The translations under genes were made by a program, and so were the position numbers. Under the pieces are notes generated by a model. It was not told where the DNA came from, ran no database searches, and saw only the letters and a program-made list of their open reading frames with translations. A DNA stretch of 17,152 nt, taken from the NCBI GenBank assembly GCA_965648935.1, contig CBFGIY010000054.1, forward strand, positions 1-17,152, given 5' to 3'. Positions within the stretch are counted from its first letter, which is position 1; every line of letters starts with the position of its first letter. The DNA comes from a candidate division WOR-3 bacterium (GTDB lineage: Bacteria > Hydrothermota > Tepidihabitantia > Tepidihabitantales > Tepidihabitantaceae). Shown here piece by piece: positions 1 through 7,691 of the stretch.

Positions 1-2673
1 GGCCAGGCCCAGCGGTCCCCAGGCCCAGGCCTCGTTGGGTTTGCCGCCCTTGAGCGCGTACAGGCGCCGGCCGTCGGTTTCGAGGTCGCCGCCGCTTTTC
101 ACGCGCTTTTTCGACCCGGCGCTGCCCAGCGCGGGAATCGTGTCCAGCTCGGCCCACAGGTTGCGCGCGAGGTCAAGCTGCCAGAACTCCTGCGTGTTGC
201 CGCCTTTGAGCGCGTAGAGCATTCCGCCGGCGCACACGCCGGCCGAGCCGTCCTTTGCCTTCCTGCGTTTGCCGGTCAGCAGGCTGTAGTCGGGAATGCC
301 CGGCGCGGCCGCGCCTGACCACGCCCCGGCGCCGAGGTCAAAGCGCCACAGTTCGCTGATCCTGGACTTGTGGGCGAGGATGCCGCCGCGGCCGTCCGCA
401 ACCAGCCACGAGCCCGGGTTCCACTTGGGCAGGGCGCCGCGCGGCGCGTCGGGCAGCGCGCCCCACGAGTCCGCGGCCACGTCGTAGCGGAAGAACTCGC
501 AGCCCTGGCCCTTGAGCAGGTAGACGTACTCGCGGCCGTCCTTCTCGGCCCAGACAAGGCCGCCGCCGCCCTTCACCCGCTTGTTCGACGCGCCGGCCGG
601 CACGTCGGAGAGCTGGCGCCAGGCGTTGGTCGCGGCCTCGAAGCACCAGAACCCGAGAGAGTTGTTGCCCTTCACTGCGTACACCCGGTTGCCGCCGTCG
701 CCGGCCCCGGCCGCGCCCTTGCCCGGCGCTTTCATCTCCGTGCCGGCCGGCCACGACGCGCGCTCGAGCCAGGTTCCGCTGCCCGGGTCCCAGGCGTAGA
801 AATCGCCGGTCTTGTTGCCCTTGGCCGCGTACACCCGGTCCGGCCCGGCAAGGTAGGCCAGCCAGGCCCCGTCCCTGGCCTGCTTGCCCGACGGGGTCAG
901 GGGCAGGCTCGCCAGCTCGGTCCAGACGCCGGATGCCGCGGGCAGGACCGCGACCGCGGCACAGGCCGTGTCGTTCCACCGGCAGCCGTCACCGGCGAGG
1001 CCGACGTTGGCCGTGACCGTGTAGCGTCCGGTGTCCGGCGTTGTCCAGGCCCGGGTCAGAATCCGGGTGAGCGTGTCGCCCGGCCCGACAACGATGCCGG
1101 TCTCGACCGTGTCGTAGACCACGGCCCCGCCGCGCCGGATGATCACCCGCACGCTCACGCTCGCCTCGGCCACGCCGAGGTTGCGCACGCGCACGGCCGG
1201 CCGCTCGACCACGGGCAGGCGCAGGCTCGGGCCGGGCGCAATCACGGCCTCGGCCGCCGCGTCAATCCGCGGCCGCCGCAGCAGCGACACGTCGTCAACC
1301 ATCACCGAACTCGCGCTCCGGCTCTGGCGGCGCAGCCCGATGCGGATGCTCTGGCCGGCATAAGCGTGCAGTCCGAACCGGCGCTCGGCATAGCCCGTGG
1401 AGTTCACGATCACGGTCGCGAGGCGCGCCGCCGTGTCGGCCGGGCTCGGCCCGTTCATCACCCACACCTGCAGCGTGTCCGGCGTCGAACCGCTCGCGCG
1501 CAAGAAAAGGCCCAGCGAATCCTGGAAACCCGCGGTGATGAACTGGGGCGGCGAAACCAGCCAGTCGTCGGTGCGCAGGTTCGTCTCGTTGGGGCAGCGG
1601 CCGTGATTCGGCCCGGCGTGCGCGGTCGCGCGCGTGCCGCCGCCCCACGTGTACAGCCCGCCGTCGGCATTGGCCACGGCCCAGCCCGAGGGCGGGAAAC
1701 CCGCGCTCCGGTCAAAGCCCTCGGCCCACCAGGTGCCCCGGCTGAACACCCAGTCGTCATACGACCCGGCGTCGTTTGCGGCATTGGCGTCGCCCGGATG
1801 CATCACGAAGAACCAGTACTCGGCCCGGGCCCCGTCCGACCGCGCGGGGGTGACCGCGAACAGCCGGCGCAACTGCGTGCCCGGCGCCATCGCGGGCAGA
1901 ATTGCCGAGTCGGCCGGCACCGAATCGGCCACCATGTACAGCCGCGCCCCGCTCACCGTGTTCGCGCCGACATTGGCCACGTCAACGAACAGCGTCTCGA
2001 CCGAGCCTTCGACCAGCGGGTAGGAAAGCGGCCCGCACCCGGTCACGGCCATGTCCATGTCCGCGGTGAACCCGATCATCAGCACCGGCCGCAGGGTCGA
2101 CGAGTAGGCATCGGCCCGGCCGCCGTGATTGAGCAGGCCGTTGGCTTCCTCCAGCCCGAAAGCGACCCAGTCGCGCGAAAGGCCGGACTGCACCGCGGCG
2201 ATGCCGTGGCCGTTCAGGGTCCGGTACACCCAGCCCGTATCGTGGGTCACCGAATCGGCCGCCACGGGGCCCGCGCTGAAATTGTCCCACAGTGATTGCG
2301 CCGAAGTGCTGATCGGGTCGGCGGTGACGACCCGCACCGCCGTGCTCGGCCGGCTCGAATAGCGGTAGTAGCAGTGATACGCCAGCACGACCTCGGTCAC
2401 CTGGATGCCGTCGGGCAGGCCCGACAGGTCAAACTTCGCCCAGCCCCGGTGCGTGCCGGTGGCGCTCATCCCGAACTCCAGCGGCCCGCTGTACTTGCCG
2501 AAGTTGTTGCCGCTCACCCAGGTCAGCCGCCCGGTCGCGTAGCTTGAGTTCGGCGGATACGCCTCGACCACCACGTCCGCCCCGCACCGGCCCGCCTTGA
2601 CAGATTCAACGCTGCCGTGGCCCGGGCCCGCCGCGGCCAGCGCCGCCAGCAGTATCCAGCTGTGTCGTGCCAT
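1..2673 (-). CDS. Large secreted multidomain surface protein, >891 aa, 3' end beyond window: signal peptide, beta-sandwich (DNRLRE-like) domain, CARDB/Ig-like domains, cleaved-adhesin-like domain, Kelch-like beta-propeller
   Basis: Translated by hand; open from ATG at 2673 to position 1, so it is absent from the ORF track. AAGGAG RBS at 2679-2684. N-terminus MARHSWILLAALAAAGPGHG. Motifs: GWAKFDLSGLPDGIQVTEVVL; EGFDRSAGFPPSGW...DDWLVSP...VDDV; two D...V.N.G...D..N.ND Ig-like units; repeats YAAKGNKTGDFY, YAVKGNNSLGFW, YLLKGQGCEFF, YALKGGNTQEFW, YALKGGKPNEAW. Domain names come from motif recall, not a search. Confidence 0.88.
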   Translation of the reverse strand, partial: MARHSWILLAALAAAGPGHGSVESVKAGRCGADVVVEAYPPNSSYATGRLTWVSGNNFGKYSGPLEFGMSATGTHRGWAKFDLSGLPDGIQVTEVVLAYHCYYRYSSRPSTAVRVVTADPISTSAQSLWDNFSAGPVAADSVTHDTGWVYRTLNGHGIAAVQSGLSRDWVAFGLEEANGLLNHGGRADAYSSTLRPVLMIGFTADMDMAVTGCGPLSYPLVEGSVETLFVDVANVGANTVSGARLYMVADSVPADSAILPAMAPGTQLRRLFAVTPARSDGARAEYWFFVMHPGDANAANDAGSYDDWVFSRGTWWAEGFDRSAGFPPSGWAVANADGGLYTWGGGTRATAHAGPNHGRCPNETNLRTDDWLVSPPQFITAGFQDSLGLFLRASGSTPDTLQVWVMNGPSPADTAARLATVIVNSTGYAERRFGLHAYAGQSIRIGLRRQSRSASSVMVDDVSLLRRPRIDAAAEAVIAPGPSLRLPVVERPAVRVRNLGVAEASVSVRVIIRRGGAVVYDTVETGIVVGPGDTLTRILTRAWTTPDTGRYTVTANVGLAGDGCRWNDTACAAVAVLPAASGVWTELASLPLTPSGKQARDGAWLAYLAGPDRVYAAKGNKTGDFYAWDPGSGTWLERASWPAGTEMKAPGKGAAGAGDGGNRVYAVKGNNSLGFWCFEAATNAWRQLSDVPAGASNKRVKGGGGLVWAEKDGREYVYLLKGQGCEFFRYDVAADSWGALPDAPRGALPKWNPGSWLVADGRGGILAHKSRISELWRFDLGAGAWSGAAAPGIPDYSLLTGKRRKAKDGSAGVCAGGMLYALKGGNTQEFWQLDLARNLWAELDTIPALGSAGSKKRVKSGGDLETDGRRLYALKGGKPNEAWAWGPLGLA

Positions 2674-2713
2674 GCATGCTCCTTTGTCGGCCAGTCCCCG
2701 CGCGGCGCCCGTC

Positions 2714-2740
2714 AAACAGAAAGCGCGGCCCGAGCCGCGC
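2714..2740 (-). terminator. Intrinsic-terminator-like hairpin in the leader of the surface-protein gene
   Basis: Minus strand reads GCGCGGC-TCGG-GCCGCGC-TTTCTGTTT: a 7-bp GC stem followed by a T-rich tract. Confidence 0.6.
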
Positions 2741-2794
2741 AGCCGTGCGCCACCCGGACGCTCCTGCTGCGAAAAGGCCTCAACCAGTCAGGAA

Positions 2795-2823
2795 ATTATA
2801 CGCAAAACAACGACTTGAATCAA
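2795..2823 (-). promoter_or_regulatory. sigma70-type promoter
   Basis: Minus strand TTGATT-17 nt-TATAAT, in an AT-rich patch about 120 nt upstream of the ATG at 2673. Confidence 0.75.
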
Positions 2824-2865
2824 CACATCCCGGGGCCTTGCCTGCCGCAGGGCCGGCCCGGCTGC

Positions 2866-3348
2866 TCAGATGCCCGAACCGCGCGCCGGCGCCTGCGCCG
2901 AGTCGGTCTCGGGCAGGCCGGTCATTTCGCGCCAGAGGCCGAGCATCCGGCGCCGCCGGGGTTCGGGCAGTTCGCGCGCGGCCCAGGCCGATTCGAGCAT
3001 CAGCCGATAGATCTGCTTCTGCAGTGCGGCCCGCCGGTCGAGCAACTGGCGCGCGCGGGACGTGTCGCCGGACGCGCTCAGATGCACATACTGCAGGTCG
3101 TGTTTTAGCAGTTCCATTTCGGTCTTGAGCGAGTCCAGGGGCCAGCGGAAGCGCTCGGCGAGGACCCGCTGGTCAAGCCGCCGCAGCCCGGAGATCGCGG
3201 TCCGCACATCGGGCGGCACCGGCGGCGTGTAGAAGTGACGCAGTTGCCGGATGCCGAAGAGCACCATCCCCACGCCGTTGCCCGCCAGCGACAGCGCAAG
3301 CAACACCGGCAGCCACCGTCGGGCACGGCGTTCAGGTTTCCGATTCAT
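2866..3348 (-). CDS. Membrane-anchored periplasmic helical protein (periplasmic heavy-metal-sensor / Spy-CpxP-like), ECF accessory protein 2
   Basis: 160 aa. N-terminal TM segment with an LALSLAGN motif followed by a helical charged domain. ATGA overlap with the upstream gene. Confidence 0.65.
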   Translation of the reverse strand: MNRKPERRARRWLPVLLALSLAGNGVGMVLFGIRQLRHFYTPPVPPDVRTAISGLRRLDQRVLAERFRWPLDSLKTEMELLKHDLQYVHLSASGDTSRARQLLDRRAALQKQIYRLMLESAWAARELPEPRRRRMLGLWREMTGLPETDSAQAPARGSGI

Positions 3349-3806
3349 CTGCGCTCCCTTGCCCGGCGGCAGGCCGCTTCAAACTGCACGCGCAGCGATT
3401 CGCGCTCGTACGGCGCGCGCTCGCGCCAGCGCTGGACGAGGTCGGGCCGGCGCTCGGCCAGCAGCCGGCCGAGGAAATCGTGCAGCAGCGAGTCAAAGGC
3501 CCGGCTGCGCGCGGCCAGGCTGTCCAGCACCCGCTCGACCGCAAGGCTGTCCGGCCGCTCCTCGAGCCCGAGCCGACCCAGCCGTTCGCGCCCGCCGGGA
3601 AAACGCCGGCCGATGGCCATCCTGCTCTCATAGTACTCGTCGTACATACGGGATGCGCGTTTGACCGATGCCCGGCCGTCCTTGAAGTTGCGCGCGTATT
3701 CCGTATAGCGGCGCCAGTCGCGGTATGCCTTCACCCCGACCACGGCCAGCATGCCGGCGTTCAGGCCAAGCGAAAGAATCAGCGCGGTCCAGCCGAGCCG
3801 GCTCAC
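3345..3806 (-). CDS. Membrane-anchored periplasmic helical protein (periplasmic heavy-metal-sensor / Spy-CpxP-like), ECF accessory protein 1
   Basis: 153 aa, GTG start. TM segment with LILSLGLN, then helical ...ERPDSLAVERVLDSL.... GTGA overlap with the anti-sigma stop. Confidence 0.7.
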   Translation of the reverse strand: MSRLGWTALILSLGLNAGMLAVVGVKAYRDWRRYTEYARNFKDGRASVKRASRMYDEYYESRMAIGRRFPGGRERLGRLGLEERPDSLAVERVLDSLAARSRAFDSLLHDFLGRLLAERRPDLVQRWRERAPYERESLRVQFEAACRRARERR

Positions 3807-4243
3807 CAGGGAATCTCCTCACTGAAGTCGGTGAACTCCGCGGCAAAGGCGCGCGAAGGCGAACCAGCGCCGGGCCGGCCGGCCGGGTAGTGAGGCGGCA
3901 GGTCGCCGGTGAGGCCCAGGCCGACCCCGACCCCGAGCAGCAGCCCCAGCGCGAACAGCGCGACCGCGCCGGCGCGCACCAGGACCAGCCGCGCCAGCGG
4001 TCGCGGCTCGGCCCGCCCTGCCGCGCGCACGCGGCGCATTATCCCGGCCTCAAGGCCGTCAGGCGGCTCCGGCTCGGCCAGCCCGCGCAGCAGCCCGGTT
4101 TCCTCGCGCAGGGTCTCAAGCTCGCGCGCGCAGTCCGGGCAGGTGTCGAGATGGCGCCGGAGTTCGGCCGACACAGATTCGGCCGGGTTGCCGTCGGCCA
4201 GCTCGACCAGCCGGGCGCGGACTCTGCGGCATTCTCTGTTCAT
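3803..4243 (-). CDS. Zinc-binding anti-sigma factor (ZAS / zf-HC2) with one TM helix
   Basis: N-terminal Cys5 plus HLDTCPDC (HxxxCxxC). Hydrophobic segment LVLVRAGAVALFALGLLLGVGVGL. Lies directly downstream of an ECF sigma gene. Confidence 0.9.
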   Translation of the reverse strand: MNRECRRVRARLVELADGNPAESVSAELRRHLDTCPDCARELETLREETGLLRGLAEPEPPDGLEAGIMRRVRAAGRAEPRPLARLVLVRAGAVALFALGLLLGVGVGLGLTGDLPPHYPAGRPGAGSPSRAFAAEFTDFSEEIPW

Positions 4244-4248
4244 CGTCC

Positions 4249-4280
4249 GTATAGACCCCGGTTCGGCCCGATGCTAGCGG
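4249..4280 (-). promoter_or_regulatory. Putative ECF-dependent promoter, copy upstream of the anti-sigma gene
   Basis: Minus strand CCGCTAGcatCgGGCCGaaCCGGGGTCTAtAC, 25/32 identical to 4840-4871. GTCTA resembles ECF -10 elements. Confidence 0.55.
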
Positions 4281-4835
4281 TCATACGATTCCGGCCGCCC
4301 GCGCCGGGGCGAGAAGCGCGCGCAGGGCCAGCCGGCCCCGGTAGCACAGCGAGTTGACCGAGGGCACGGAACGGCCCATCGCCTCGGCAATCTCGGCCTG
4401 GCTCAGGTTTTCGTACACCGAGAGCAGGATTGCGGCCCGCTGGTCGGCCGGCAACCGGGCAAGGGCTTGAGTCACGGCTGCCTCGCGCCGGCGCGCGCGA
4501 TGCTCCGCATCGGGCTCGTGTTCGGGGTCGGCCGCAAGGGTCTCGGGCAGCTCGACCGCGGGCCGGGCGCGCTGCGCGCGGTTGATGCAGAGGTTGGTGA
4601 TGATGCGAAAGAGCCAGGTGCGAAAGCCCGCCTCGCCGCGAAACCCGCCCAGCCCGCGCCAGGCCCGCACGAAAGTCTCCTGGGCCAGTTCCTCGGCCGC
4701 AGCCGCGTCGTGTGTGTTGCGCCAGGCGAACCGGTACAGGGCCGGGCCGTGGCGGCGCACCAGCTCGTCGAACGCGCCCAGACTGCCGGCCCGGGCCTGC
4801 GCGACAAGCTCCCGGTCGTCATCGCACTCGCTCAC
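4281..4835 (-). CDS. ECF RNA polymerase sigma factor (sigma70 family, group 4), 184 aa
   Basis: C-terminal part of track ORF 4281..5891; the likely start is GTG at 4835. Motifs DRELVAQARAG..AFDELV, AEELAQETFVRAW, FRTWLFRIITN (region 2) and LARLPADQRAAILL...LSQAEIAEAMG (region 4). Confidence 0.93.
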   Translation of the reverse strand: MSECDDDRELVAQARAGSLGAFDELVRRHGPALYRFAWRNTHDAAAAEELAQETFVRAWRGLGGFRGEAGFRTWLFRIITNLCINRAQRARPAVELPETLAADPEHEPDAEHRARRREAAVTQALARLPADQRAAILLSVYENLSQAEIAEAMGRSVPSVNSLCYRGRLALRALLAPARAAGIV

Positions 4836-4839
4836 GATT

Positions 4840-4871
4840 GTGTAGACCCCGGCCCGGCCGGGAACTAGCGG
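4840..4871 (-). promoter_or_regulatory. Putative ECF-dependent (autoregulatory) promoter upstream of the sigma gene
   Basis: Minus strand CCGCTAGttcCcGGCCGggCCGGGGTCTAcAC, ending 4 nt before the GTG start. No SD sequence. Confidence 0.55.
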
Positions 4872-5983
4872 ACGAGTATCGCCTTGCTGCCGCCGCCTGC
4901 CGACGGGATGAAGTAGACCCCGCTGCGGACCCGGCCGGCCGGCACCCGGCGGCCGAGCGCATCGTACAGCTCTCCACCAGCCGCGGCCCCGACGGAGAGC
5001 GCGCGGCGGCGCGTCACCCGTGCCGGCCCTTCGGCGACGCCGACCAGCGGCGAGGAGTAGTACACCGTGCTCTGGCCCGATGACAGGTGGCCGCCGGGCA
5101 CGTAGATGCGGCCCGCGTGCGCCAGCCCGTCCGCGGCCCAGCGCGCCTGGGGCAGGCCGGCCTCGCTTGCCCACGCCCCGAGCGAGCCGTCCGGGTTTGT
5201 CGGCGCGCTCCAGCAGGCCGCGGTGAGGCCGCTGACCACGTACACCCGGCCGTCTATGGCGCAGCAGGTCGCGCCTTCGACCGCGGCCGGCAGGCTGTTG
5301 GCCGCCTGCCAGGGCCCGAGCGTGCCGTCGGCGTTGCGCGCGGCGTACCACACCGCGCCGGTCGGCGAAGCGTCGGGCCGGCCGCCGATGGAATATATGA
5401 ACCCGTTGTGATATACCACGCCGTTGAGCCGATTCGCCATGGGCAGCGGGCTGGTCGCCTGCCACGCCCCGAGCGAGCCGTCCGGCTGGATGCGCGCGAA
5501 GCGCGCGTCGGCCACCACCGGCTGGCCGACCCCGGTCGCGCCGCCGATGGCGTAGATGCAGGAGTCGACCAGAATCCCGCCGTGGGTGTAAAGCGGCACG
5601 GGCAGGCTCGCCGTCGTCTGCCACGCCCCGAGCGCGCCGGTCGAATCGATTGCCGCACAGCGCACGGCGCTGGTCAGGCCCGAGGCGTTCCAACCGCCGA
5701 TGGTGTAGACGCGGCCCTCGGTTGCCTCGGCCGAGAACCACGCCAGCGGCACGGGCAGGCTCGTCGTCGCGACCCATTGTCCGATCGTGCCGTCCGGATT
5801 GAACCGGGCGTAGTGGCAGTCGGCCTGCGGGCCCTCGCCGCCGGCGAGGAAGTAGATGTGATTCGCGGTCGCGGCGCAGGCGTGGCGCCACGAGCCGCGC
5901 GGCAGTTCGGTCGTGGTCTGCCAGTCAAACAGCGGCCCGGCAAGCGCGCAGCCCGCGCAGAGGAAGACCGTCAGACAGCGCAA
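4865..5983 (-). CDS. Secreted Kelch-like beta-propeller protein with T9SS-like C-terminal sorting tail
   Basis: AAAGGAGG precedes TTG at 5983 and gives the signal peptide MRCLTVFLCAGCALA. About six repeats of the form IYxIGG...DGxLGxWxxxxxLP. C-terminus GVAE...LYDALGRRV...SGVYF...KAILVR. The alternative ATG at 6010 falls inside a -10 box. Confidence 0.88.
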   Translation of the reverse strand: MRCLTVFLCAGCALAGPLFDWQTTTELPRGSWRHACAATANHIYFLAGGEGPQADCHYARFNPDGTIGQWVATTSLPVPLAWFSAEATEGRVYTIGGWNASGLTSAVRCAAIDSTGALGAWQTTASLPVPLYTHGGILVDSCIYAIGGATGVGQPVVADARFARIQPDGSLGAWQATSPLPMANRLNGVVYHNGFIYSIGGRPDASPTGAVWYAARNADGTLGPWQAANSLPAAVEGATCCAIDGRVYVVSGLTAACWSAPTNPDGSLGAWASEAGLPQARWAADGLAHAGRIYVPGGHLSSGQSTVYYSSPLVGVAEGPARVTRRRALSVGAAAGGELYDALGRRVPAGRVRSGVYFIPSAGGGSKAILVR

Positions 5984-6008
5984 GATTCCTCCTTTGTCGT
6001 CCTGCGCC

Positions 6009-6037
6009 ATTGTCGGCCCGGGTCGCGGCCCGGTCAA
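6009..6037 (-). promoter_or_regulatory. sigma70-type promoter for the Kelch-like gene
   Basis: TTGACC-17 nt-GACAAT on the minus strand. Confidence 0.55.
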
Positions 6038-6049
6038 GCGCGGCCGGCG

Positions 6050-7447
6050 CTAGACCCCGAGCATGAGCTTGGCGGTGGTGAAGAAGATGAACAGGCCGGT
6101 GATGTCGACGATGGTGGTGAGCGCCGGGCTGGCCACGACCGCGGGGTCGAGCTTGAGCCGGGCCGCGGCCAGCGGCAGCAGTGCGCCGATGAGCGTCGCG
6201 GTGACGACCTGCAGCCCGAGCGCGCAGGCGATCGCGAGGCCGAGCCCGACCGGGGTGACCCCGGGCGGCAGGTTGCTGCTGCCGCCGAAAAGCATCACCC
6301 GGCCGACCGCGAACAGGCCGAGCACGACCGCGAGCAGCAGCGCCGTGGCCAGCTCGCGCAGGAGCACGCGCGGCGTGTCGCGCGGCGCGATTTCGCCCAG
6401 GGCGAGCGCCCGGATGACGAGCGTGGCCGACTGGCTGCCGGTGTTGCCGCCGGTGTCGGCCAGCATCGGCATGAAGGTGGCGAGCAGGGCAATCTGCGCG
6501 AGCAGCGCCTCGAAACGGTGAACGATGAAGCCGGAGACGAGCCCGAGCATGGCGAGGCCGATTATCCAGCCGACCCGGTTGCGGAAGTGGCCGAAGGGCG
6601 AGGTCTTCATGTAGACGTACGAAGCGTGCTGGCCGCTGATGCCCATCAGCTTCTCGACGTCCTCGGTCTGCTCCTGGGTCAGCACGTCGGAGGCGTCGTC
6701 GTGGGTGATGATGCCGACCAGCGCGTTGTCGGCGTCGACCACGGGCAGCGCGATGAGGTCGTACTTCTGGATCGTGCGCGCGGCCTTCTCCTGGTCCTCG
6801 GTTGCGTGGACCGCGATCGGCTCGTCGCGCATCACGTCGCGCACCCGCGTCTCGGGCCGCGCCAGTATCAGGTCCTTGAGCGAGACATAGCCGAGCAGGC
6901 GGCGGTTCTCGTCAAGAACATAGGAGTAGTATATCGTTTCCTTGTCCGGGGCTTCGCGCCGCAGCCGCGCCAGCGCGCTCTCGACCGTCTCGTCCGGCGC
7001 GAGCGTCGCGTACTCCGAGGTCATTATCGCGCCGGCCGTGCCTTCGGGGTAGGAGAGCAGCCGGCGCACGTCTTCGCGCTCGGCCTGAGCCATCGCCGGC
7101 AGCAGGGCCTCGCGTCTCTCCTCGGGCACCTGCTTGAGCATGTCGACGCGGTCGTCGGGCGGCATATCCGACAGCAGACGGCCAAGCTCGTCGCGCGGCA
7201 TCTCGTCGAGCAGCGCGAGCTGGACGTCGCTGTCAAAATGGCTGAACACCTCGGCCCGGGCGCGCGGCGGCGCGTAGCGCAGCATCGCGACTATCTCGCC
7301 CGGCTCAAGCTCGGCCAGCACTTCGGCGGCCATCTTCGGGTGAGTGTCGGTCAGGAACTCGCGCAGCTCGTCGCCCGCCCCTTCGGCCAGCGCCTCGCGC
7401 AGGTCGGGGATGAGCAGGGCGAAAGGACTAGGCCCGCGTCTGGGCAA
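6050..7447 (-). CDS. mgtE: Magnesium transporter MgtE
   Basis: 465 aa. N-terminal MgtE domain, YPEGTAGAIM followed by a CBS pair, and TM domain with MLADTGGNTGSQ and PALTTIVDITG. GAAGGAG RBS before the TTG start. Confidence 0.96.
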   Translation of the reverse strand: MPRRGPSPFALLIPDLREALAEGAGDELREFLTDTHPKMAAEVLAELEPGEIVAMLRYAPPRARAEVFSHFDSDVQLALLDEMPRDELGRLLSDMPPDDRVDMLKQVPEERREALLPAMAQAEREDVRRLLSYPEGTAGAIMTSEYATLAPDETVESALARLRREAPDKETIYYSYVLDENRRLLGYVSLKDLILARPETRVRDVMRDEPIAVHATEDQEKAARTIQKYDLIALPVVDADNALVGIITHDDASDVLTQEQTEDVEKLMGISGQHASYVYMKTSPFGHFRNRVGWIIGLAMLGLVSGFIVHRFEALLAQIALLATFMPMLADTGGNTGSQSATLVIRALALGEIAPRDTPRVLLRELATALLLAVVLGLFAVGRVMLFGGSSNLPPGVTPVGLGLAIACALGLQVVTATLIGALLPLAAARLKLDPAVVASPALTTIVDITGLFIFFTTAKLMLGV

Positions 7448-7565
7448 CAGGACTCCTTCCTGCCCGGCTCGGGTCGGCTGCGCGGCGGATGTCTGCGTTC
7501 ATCACGGGCTATACTGTAGCCGCTTTCGGCGGCGCCGCAAGCAGTTCAAGTGCCCGACCCGGCTC

Positions 7566-7668
7566 GATTCTGCGGCTGTCGCAGGCGCGGTTCAGCAGGG
7601 CCTGGCGCTGGCGTGGCCGGCCCGGTGCGCAAGCAGACATGGCCCCTCTGCATCCTGTCGTTCACGAC
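7566..7668 (+). repeat. Direct repeat copy A (103 bp), predicted long imperfect hairpin
   Basis: Manual alignment with 9450-9556 shows 8 substitutions plus one 4-nt indel. Weaker homology extends left to about 7554. Confidence 0.93.
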
Positions 7669-7691
7669 CGCGCGGCGGTGACGGAGCCGAA

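Noticed and set aside
370..2295. 641-aa plus-strand ORF (also 5087..7519, 8130..9263, 9677..10978 and many shorter ones)
   Set aside because: These are antisense shadows of well-supported minus-strand genes. They are Arg/Gly/Ala-rich with no motifs, as expected in high-GC DNA.
5165..5640. Recurring DNA motif CCACGCCCCGAGCG(A/C)GCCG, considered as CRISPR-like or tandem repeats
   Set aside because: It encodes the G(S/A)LGAW motif of successive propeller blades; spacing is about 150 or 300 nt and in frame.
4281..5891. Apparent 536-aa ECF sigma with a long N-terminal extension
   Set aside because: The extension is an alternative frame over the Kelch-like gene. Sigma homology and a candidate promoter begin at about 4835.
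7448..7690. M-box (ykoK) Mg2+ riboswitch upstream of mgtE
   Set aside because: None of the M-box conserved sequence blocks I recall is present. A possible promoter (TTGCGG-16-TACAGT, 7513-7540) lies between the repeat and mgtE, so the repeat may not be in the mgtE leader.
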